DNA of 64,000 nucleotides from Saprospiraceae bacterium (GTDB lineage Bacteria; Bacteroidota; Bacteroidia; Chitinophagales; Saprospiraceae): NCBI GenBank assembly GCA_965248155.1, contig CBDFIO010000001.1, positions 480,009 to 544,008 of the forward strand, read 5' to 3'. Shown piece by piece: positions 58,416 to 64,000 of this stretch (position 1 is its first letter; each line of letters starts with the position of its first letter). The notes under the pieces were generated by a model. It saw only the letters and a program-made list of their open reading frames with translations, ran no database searches and was not told where the DNA came from. The position numbers and the translations under genes were made by a program.

Positions 58416-58931
58416 TTACTTGTTTTGATTTAAAAACCTCTTGTTTTCATCATTTTTGAAGTCTTCTTTATCCATAAATATTGGAAAATCATAACTCCTG
58501 AATTTTCCGTCTGCTACACATTCCATCATTCCTAAAGATAATAATGCACCTAAACCGAAGTAAAGTACATCTTTCCCTAAATCATGATCCCTCCTTTTCC
58601 AGTAGTCCGAAATATAATTTACATTAAGTTGCTTGTTAAAATCTACAGCTAAATGCAAATTCTTCAAATCACTATATTTCAAATAAGAATCTTCAGCTTG
58701 ATATGCCAAGTTCGATTTAATACGAATATTACTGGCTTTTAGACTGATTGGGAAGTTGTTTTGAGACAAAAAAGAAATTGTAAAAGATGGTTCCTGAACT
58801 GTGTATTGAAGATCAATTAATGGAGAAGATTTGTAGTTTGATAATATAACAGATGTATGTTTTTGAGCGATCATAGAAAAGTAAACCGTCATACAAAGAG
58901 CAAATACTAGAAGTACTTTTGTTTTCATCAT
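58416..58931 (-). CDS. Hypothetical secreted protein (171 aa)
   Basis: Signal peptide. No motif recognised. Confidence 0.45.
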   Translation of the reverse strand: MMKTKVLLVFALCMTVYFSMIAQKHTSVILSNYKSSPLIDLQYTVQEPSFTISFLSQNNFPISLKASNIRIKSNLAYQAEDSYLKYSDLKNLHLAVDFNKQLNVNYISDYWKRRDHDLGKDVLYFGLGALLSLGMMECVADGKFRSYDFPIFMDKEDFKNDENKRFLNQNK

Positions 58932-59153
58932 GATCTGATGTATTTCTGTATCATAAGTTAAGGATAAAGATTGATATTAGAAAGTTCAATATCTATTATC
59001 TAGGCTTGTAGCATCTAGTTCTATTTTGAAATTTATTAAGTATAGGGGATTCACTAGATAATCGATGTACAGTATAGCTGTAAATCGTCAAATAAAAGTG
59101 GACCATTAAGTGAATAAAATTAAGTTATACATAACTATTAAATTCACTTTATT

Positions 59154-59504
59154 ATGAACAAGAAAAACAAATCAGCAGAATCTTATGTCCGAGATGTAAA
59201 AAGAAGGACAAGACGTAAATTTTCTACAGAAGAAAAGATTAGAATAGTCATTGAAGGATTAAGAGGAGAACAAAGTGTTGCTTCTCTTTGTAGAAGAGAA
59301 GAGATTTCACAACCACTATATTATAAGTGGAGTAAAGATTTCATGGAAGCAGGGAAGAAACGTTTAAAGGGAGACACAGAACGTGAAGCCAATACTTCAG
59401 AAGTTCAACATCTAAAGACAGAAAATCAAGACCTTAAAGAGGTAGTAGCAGAACTTACCCTGAAAAATCGTGTGCTTAAAAAAAGCTTGAATGGAGTAAA
59501 ATAA
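59154..59504 (+). CDS. IS3-family transposase OrfA
   Basis: Identical to the copy-1 OrfA. Confidence 0.9.
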   Translation: MNKKNKSAESYVRDVKRRTRRKFSTEEKIRIVIEGLRGEQSVASLCRREEISQPLYYKWSKDFMEAGKKRLKGDTEREANTSEVQHLKTENQDLKEVVAELTLKNRVLKKSLNGVK

Positions 59505-59518
59505 AATTCAAGAAGTAT

Positions 59519-60502
59519 ATGCGATTTACAGCAAAAGAAAAAATGGAATTGATCAGAATTGCTGAGCAATCTGAATGGAGCATTAGACGAACGCTTAAAG
59601 AAATCGGTATTCACAAATCAACCTTTTACAACTGGTATAAGAAATATCGGGAAAATGGAATTGTAGGATTAGAGGAAAAGAAAAGTACAAGGAAGCATTA
59701 CTGGAACAAGATTCCTGATCGGATCAGGTCTAATATATTGAATCTGGCACTGGAAGTTTCAGAGCTTTCTTGTAGAGAATTGGCTTGCAGGTATACTGAT
59801 GAGAATCAATACTTTATAAGCGAAAGCAGTGTTTACAGAATATTGAAATCTGCTGGACTGATAAACCCTCCTCATTATGATCTGATATCTGCCGCAGATG
59901 AATTTAAAGACAAAACAACAACTGTCAATCAAATGTGGCAAACTGATTTTACTTATTTCAAAATCATTGGCTGGGGATGGTATTACCTATCGACTATATT
60001 AGATGATTATTCTAGGTACATTATAAGTTGGGAGTTGTGCTCAACGATGAAAACCCTTGATGTAAAAAATACTTTGAATCAGGCATTAAACCATTCAAAT
60101 GTAAATTTGAATAAACCGCCTAAGTTATTATCTGATAATGGATCTTGTTATTTAAGTCAAGAGTTGAGCTCTTATTTGGATGATTACAAAATTAAACATG
60201 TGAGAGGAAGACCTGGTCATCCTCAAACGCAAGGCAAGATTGAAAGGTATCACAGAACGATGAAAAATGTAATTAAACTGGATCATTATTACAGCCCAGG
60301 TGAATTGAGTTTTCCTCTTTCACAATTTGTAAAATATTATAACCATCACAGATATCATGAATCTTTACAAAACTTGACACCAGCAGATGTTTATTATGGA
60401 TTAAAAGAAGAAAAACTGAAGAGAAGAAAATTATGTAAACACAAAACATTTAAAAAACGCAGACAAAAATATTTCAATTTAACTTTTAAAAGTGTAACTT
60501 AA
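59519..60502 (+). CDS. IS3-family transposase OrfB
   Basis: A few substitutions relative to copies 1 and 2 (for example IAEQ for LVEQ). Confidence 0.9.
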   Translation: MRFTAKEKMELIRIAEQSEWSIRRTLKEIGIHKSTFYNWYKKYRENGIVGLEEKKSTRKHYWNKIPDRIRSNILNLALEVSELSCRELACRYTDENQYFISESSVYRILKSAGLINPPHYDLISAADEFKDKTTTVNQMWQTDFTYFKIIGWGWYYLSTILDDYSRYIISWELCSTMKTLDVKNTLNQALNHSNVNLNKPPKLLSDNGSCYLSQELSSYLDDYKIKHVRGRPGHPQTQGKIERYHRTMKNVIKLDHYYSPGELSFPLSQFVKYYNHHRYHESLQNLTPADVYYGLKEEKLKRRKLCKHKTFKKRRQKYFNLTFKSVT

Positions 60503-60512
60503 TTTTATTCAC

Positions 60513-60959
60513 TTATTGTCCACTTTGGTTTGAAGACCTACACCCGTATTTTTCCGCTCTGTCATAACCAAATCGAGGATAATACTTATCATGTCCAAGA
60601 AGAACAACCGACTTGTATCCAAGGTCTTTAGCTATTTCATGTGAGTGTAATATTAATTTACCGCCGATACCTTTTCCTTGAAAGTCGGGAAGTACGCTTA
60701 CAGGTGCTAAGGCTAAAGAAGGGTAGGATTTGTCTTCGTTTTTGATTCTGATCTTACTTAATATTATATGTCCTACAAGCTGATTGTCACATTCAGCAAC
60801 GATAGATAATTCTGGAATAAATGCTTCAGATTTTCTCAATTTATCGACTAAGAAATGTTCATTATTGTCGCTGTATTCTGCATTAAGAAATGCCTTTTGG
60901 ATTAAGTCAAAAACCGCAGTAAAATCACTTTCACTTTCTTGTCTTAAATTGATTATCAT
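60513..60959 (-). pseudogene. GNAT-family N-acetyltransferase, C-terminus truncated by IS3-family copy 3 (native sequence 60543-60959)
   Basis: Acetyl-CoA motif VLPDFQGKGIGGKLI. The last 10 codons (CRSSNQSGQ) are read from the IS terminal repeat. Confidence 0.7.
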
Positions 60960-61049
60960 TTATAATTATTGCGTCCTGAATTTGAACTTTAAAGTTCTTT
61001 CTTTAATCCAATTATATAGGGATCCAGATTAGTTCCTTGTTAGATAATG

Positions 61050-61721
61050 TTATTGCAAAACCTCCCTGACCACACCTGTTGCCCATTCATGGAAATCTTC
61101 TCTACTATTTGATCTGGGATATGGTTCTGCAGGGATGTCTACATTCAAAAAATTGCACAGTGGCCCCCAACCATCTTTGGCTTCAAATATTAATAAGTTT
61201 TCATGAGGTATAGTGTCTTGAACTTCTTTTATATGTTTTTCAAATTTTTGAATTGAATATTTCTTGTCTTTAAATTTTCCTTCAAAATATTTTTTCCAAA
61301 TGGATTTCTGATTGAGCGATATGACTTGAAATAGATTTCTGGCAGTAGCAGAAAATGGCATTTGAAATAACATCTTCAATTTTATACCAATTCCAGGATC
61401 GAAACTAAAGATCGTGGAATTAACACTTTTGTACCATTTCTCAGCATCCCGAACAGTTAGAATAACTTTTGCCCCAGGGTAGAAATTTGATAATTCTTTA
61501 TAATACATCGAATCGGGAAAATCTACAATAGACTCATAGTTTTTGAATAATTTATTCCAATCAACTTCTTCTTCATTATAAGCTTGTTTCCATTGTAATA
61601 CTCCAGCAGGATTTCTTAGTAATTCCTCCATATGGCAGCATTTGCCAAAGCCTAGTATTTCTAAGGCCAGCTGTAAAGATTTAGTTCCTGTTCTTCCAAA
61701 TCCTGCACCAATAACTTTCAT
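61050..61721 (-). CDS. PAPS-dependent sulfotransferase-family protein (cytoplasmic)
   Basis: The N-terminal IGAGFGRTGTKSL resembles the 5'-PSB loop of the Sulfotransfer_4-type family. About 220 aa. Confidence 0.55.
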   Translation of the reverse strand: MKVIGAGFGRTGTKSLQLALEILGFGKCCHMEELLRNPAGVLQWKQAYNEEEVDWNKLFKNYESIVDFPDSMYYKELSNFYPGAKVILTVRDAEKWYKSVNSTIFSFDPGIGIKLKMLFQMPFSATARNLFQVISLNQKSIWKKYFEGKFKDKKYSIQKFEKHIKEVQDTIPHENLLIFEAKDGWGPLCNFLNVDIPAEPYPRSNSREDFHEWATGVVREVLQ

Positions 61722-61814
61722 TTTGTTTTGTTTGATTTCAATAATATTTAAGCTTTAATAATGACTTTATTGTACAATGCTTGTTGGTCTTGTATCCATT
61801 GGTAAAATCAATTT

Positions 61815-62291
61815 TCATTTTATATTTTTCTTCATAGTAAACAATGGAATTCCAAATAATTCATAAGGAGGATTATTAATAATTTCAAATCCAAATTGTT
61901 TGTATAAACTTATAGCACGACTTAAGTAGGGTGTTGTACTTAAAAGCAATAATTCGCATTTATTGTTCTTGGCAAATTCTTCAATGGTCTTAAGAATTGA
62001 ATATCCAATTCTTTTTCCTCTTGCTTCAGGCACGACGGCCATTCCCTGAATATATAAAGTTTTTGTTGTTATTCTGCCTGTAGCTGTTCCTAATAATTGA
62101 TTATCAAAAGTCGCAATCCAGCTTGTACTGTTTTTCATTCTCGCTTTTACCTCAGCAGGTGAGATTACTGTAGCATCGAATGCTTTTTTAGTGTATTTGT
62201 CCTTAAATTCTATAAATGCAGATTCTAATATTTGAGAAATATTAATTGCATCCGTTTCGTCTGCTAGTCTGACCTTTAGTTCCTTTTCCAT
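61815..62291 (-). CDS. GNAT-family N-acetyltransferase
   Basis: VVPEARGKRIGYSIL (Q/RxxGxG/A motif). 158 aa. Confidence 0.75.
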   Translation of the reverse strand: MEKELKVRLADETDAINISQILESAFIEFKDKYTKKAFDATVISPAEVKARMKNSTSWIATFDNQLLGTATGRITTKTLYIQGMAVVPEARGKRIGYSILKTIEEFAKNNKCELLLLSTTPYLSRAISLYKQFGFEIINNPPYELFGIPLFTMKKNIK

Positions 62292-62426
62292 ATTTGCTTG
62301 CAGAGTATTTCTTAATTGACGCTCTAGCGGGACATGGTTCCGAAGATAGGAATAGTTTATTTATTAAGATTTTTCAGACGTTGTGAATGTGAGAAGAGAA
62401 GGAGTTGTTTCGGCTGTTGTTAAAAG

Positions 62427-62464
62427 CTGTTTAAGCTTCCATGAAATGATAGAAGCTTAAACAG
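62427..62464 (-). terminator. Probable intrinsic terminator (perfect 13-bp stem)
   Basis: CTGTTTAAGCTTC (62427-62439) and GAAGCTTAAACAG (62452-62464) with a 12-nt loop. It begins 18 bp downstream of the stop of gene 62482-63261. On the minus strand it is followed by CTTTTAAC (a short T-run only). Confidence 0.45.
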
Positions 62465-62481
62465 GTATTTATCTTAGGTTT

Positions 62482-63261
62482 TTAGCAACCCATAGTTCCA
62501 AAAGATAGAACAAGTTCTTGTTCAACTTTTTCTCCTTTAGAATTTTCAGCCGGAATCCATTTCGTTGGTGCAGTATTAATGAGTTGAAGGATTGTGTCAT
62601 CTAGAGAATCATATCCCGATGTAGAAATTAATCTGGCATCAGATGCTGTTCCATTTTCATTCACAATAAAACACGCTTTTCCTGATCGAAGATTTTCTTG
62701 TTGGATGGATCTTGTTATTTCTTTACTGTTAATTCTAATGTATTCAATGAGTGCATCCTGACTAATGGTTAATTCCGCTGCCTTTTCAGGAATGACTGTC
62801 ATGTAATAGTCAAAACTATCATATCTAGCATTACCAGTATTACATGTTTGCATTTTTTCAATAGAAGTTATACGAATATTGGATGAATAAGTCGCCGATT
62901 GTATAAGTTTTAGTTGGGCGGGGCTTAAAATGTCACTGTCTCCACCCTCGGTTACTTCATTGTCCTCGTTTAGAATTGAAATCATTGATTTTACAGAATT
63001 TGTTCTCGGTTCAGTTGCTCCGGGTGTTAAAATGTCAGTTATAGATTTTGCCTGCCTCAGCTCTTCTTTAGTAATTGTTGATCTGAATCTGTCGCCGAGA
63101 TTGTAATAAACATAAGCAAAGTAATCGTTTTTAAACTCTTCCAGGGAATGGCAGAAATTCTCTTTCTTGTCTGTAATGGAATTATTCCAATTTATGAATG
63201 CAAATGCTGTTAGACTGAATGTAACAACTGCTGCACTGAAAACAAAAAGTAACTTTTTCAT
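62482..63261 (-). CDS. Secreted protein with TonB-C-terminal-like domain
   Basis: Signal peptide (MKKLLFVFSAAVVTFSLTAFA). The C-terminal ..GKACFIVNENGTASDARLISTSGYDSLDDTILQLINTAP.KWIPAENSKGEKV resembles the TonB_C fold pattern. The start was chosen at the internal Met. Confidence 0.45.
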   Translation of the reverse strand: MKKLLFVFSAAVVTFSLTAFAFINWNNSITDKKENFCHSLEEFKNDYFAYVYYNLGDRFRSTITKEELRQAKSITDILTPGATEPRTNSVKSMISILNEDNEVTEGGDSDILSPAQLKLIQSATYSSNIRITSIEKMQTCNTGNARYDSFDYYMTVIPEKAAELTISQDALIEYIRINSKEITRSIQQENLRSGKACFIVNENGTASDARLISTSGYDSLDDTILQLINTAPTKWIPAENSKGEKVEQELVLSFGTMGC

Positions 63262-63330
63262 ATCTGAATTATTTATTTGATTAATTATTATCAAATCTAT
63301 CTTGGATATGTGATTAATATGGTAATCAAA

Positions 63331-63370
63331 TGTAAATTGATGTAAATTGATGTAAATTTTGTGTAAATCA
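63331..63370. repeat. Four helically phased TGTAAAT boxes (10/10/11-bp spacing) in a divergent promoter region
   Basis: TGTAAATTGA TGTAAATTGA TGTAAATTTT G TGTAAATCA. Located between divergent genes starting at 63261/63294 (minus) and 63406 (plus). Confidence 0.7.
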
Positions 63371-63405
63371 TCTCATATTGACTCAGATTCAAATACTTTT
63401 GTATA

Positions 63406-64000
63406 ATGGGTTTAAGACATTTTAAAATCTGTTCGATTACCATAGCATGCCTTTTTCTGTTTTTTTCTTACAGTAATGGTAAAAACTCACAAGAAGAACA
63501 ACATATAGAAGTGTCATTGCGGAAGATCGGACATCAGGTGCTACTCAATTCTGGAGACAGTACTTCTCGTGTATTACCCATTAAAAAAGAAGGTGATAGA
63601 TACAGGATTCGATTTGCAACCGATTTTGGATTCAATCCGGATGTATTGGTGACTATTGTTAATAAGGTCATGGAGGATACCAAGATGACCTATGGTTATA
63701 TTGTAGAAGTAGAGGAATGTGAAACTTCTGATATAGTATATAGTTATAAAATTGGCGATTTGGAGACCGATAATGTCAACCATTGCTCGTTTAGAACTCT
63801 GCCTATATCATGTTACAATCTGCTATTCACTATTATAGGAGCTGATGAACAAATTTCAAATTCTGTAACCCTTGGAGTTGTAGATGGGACTGGATCCGAA
63901 CAGAATAAAATGAACTATGGATTAATATCATTTTTGATTGTACTCACGATAGGGATTTTACTTTTTCTTTGGAAGAAACGAAATCAATCGAAAATTGATC
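63406..64000 (+). CDS. Membrane-anchored protein, 3' end outside the window (possible sensor N-terminal domain)
   Basis: Not in the ORF track because no stop lies within the window. From the ATG at 63406 it reads MGLRHFKICSITIACLFLFFSYS..., has a second TM helix (MNYGLISFLIVLTIGILLFLW), then KKRNQSKID. This architecture (periplasmic domain between two TM helices) is common at the N-terminus of Bacteroidota sensor kinases, but no kinase motif lies within the window. Confidence 0.45.
   Translation, partial: MGLRHFKICSITIACLFLFFSYSNGKNSQEEQHIEVSLRKIGHQVLLNSGDSTSRVLPIKKEGDRYRIRFATDFGFNPDVLVTIVNKVMEDTKMTYGYIVEVEECETSDIVYSYKIGDLETDNVNHCSFRTLPISCYNLLFTIIGADEQISNSVTLGVVDGTGSEQNKMNYGLISFLIVLTIGILLFLWKKRNQSKID

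Larger units (their letters stand above)
59079..60542 (+). mobile_element. IS3-family insertion sequence, copy 3 (1464 bp)
   Basis: TGTAAATCGTCAAATAAAAGTGGAC at 59079-59103 and GTCCACTTTGGTTTGAAGACCTACA at 60518-60542. A7G slippery site at 59478-59485. No target duplication (flanks ..TATAGC / CCCGTA..). Confidence 0.9.

Noticed and set aside
63331-63370. Tandem TGTAAAT repeats as a CRISPR array or minisatellite
   Set aside because: The units are 10 bp with no spacers, and there are only four copies. This is far too short for CRISPR. Treated as a candidate regulatory array instead.
1-64000. Search for tRNA, rRNA, CRISPR, integrase-bounded islands, restriction-modification, toxin-antitoxin or other defence systems
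   Set aside because: I found no tRNA-like T-arm/anticodon structures, rRNA-like stretches, spaced repeats, or ATPase/nuclease/methylase motifs typical of defence genes. Absence is based on reading by eye only, so a tRNAscan/Rfam/DefenseFinder run could still reveal something small.

Overview
AT-rich, Bacteroidota-type chromosomal segment: lipoprotein signal peptides, T9SS C-terminal sorting domains and AraC regulators, with about 60 genes, mostly on the minus strand. I saw no rRNA, tRNA, CRISPR array, prophage or recognisable defence system. Two things dominate.

(1) Mobile DNA makes up about 10% of the window. There are three near-identical 1464-bp IS3-family copies (439-1902, 27708-29171, 59079-60542), plus a 335-bp fragment and a solo 25-bp end. 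None of these has a target-site duplication. There is also an IS1-family element with a clean 8-bp duplication (3603-4422) and an IS982-family element with a clean 7-bp duplication (41301-42330). At least seven host genes are cut by these elements.

(2) Six genes are broken by what look like single-base deletions, mostly in homopolymer runs. A thioredoxin also has TGA at the Trp codon of WCGPC. This is either sequencing error or real gene decay, and it must be resolved before any biology is read into the frameshifts.

The best candidates for something new:
- A tight seven-gene minus-strand cluster (8304-15250). Three different proteins each carry a Rieske 2Fe-2S domain, fused to a PoxB-like ThDP enzyme, a ferric-reductase-like haem membrane domain, and an FMN glutamate-synthase-like oxidoreductase.
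- A cholesterol-dependent-cytolysin-like lipoprotein whose receptor-binding domain 4 is replaced by a four-fold repeat domain (30457-32355).
- A GcvT-like aminomethyltransferase operon with two CrtI/amine-oxidase-like flavoproteins (33151-37500).
- A sulfur/sulfate-ester theme: three arylsulfotransferase-family genes (two are T9SS-secreted paralogs flanking a SulP permease that has an unknown C-terminal extension), a PAPS-type sulfotransferase, and a TauE fragment.

All functional calls come from motif recognition by eye. No database search was possible.
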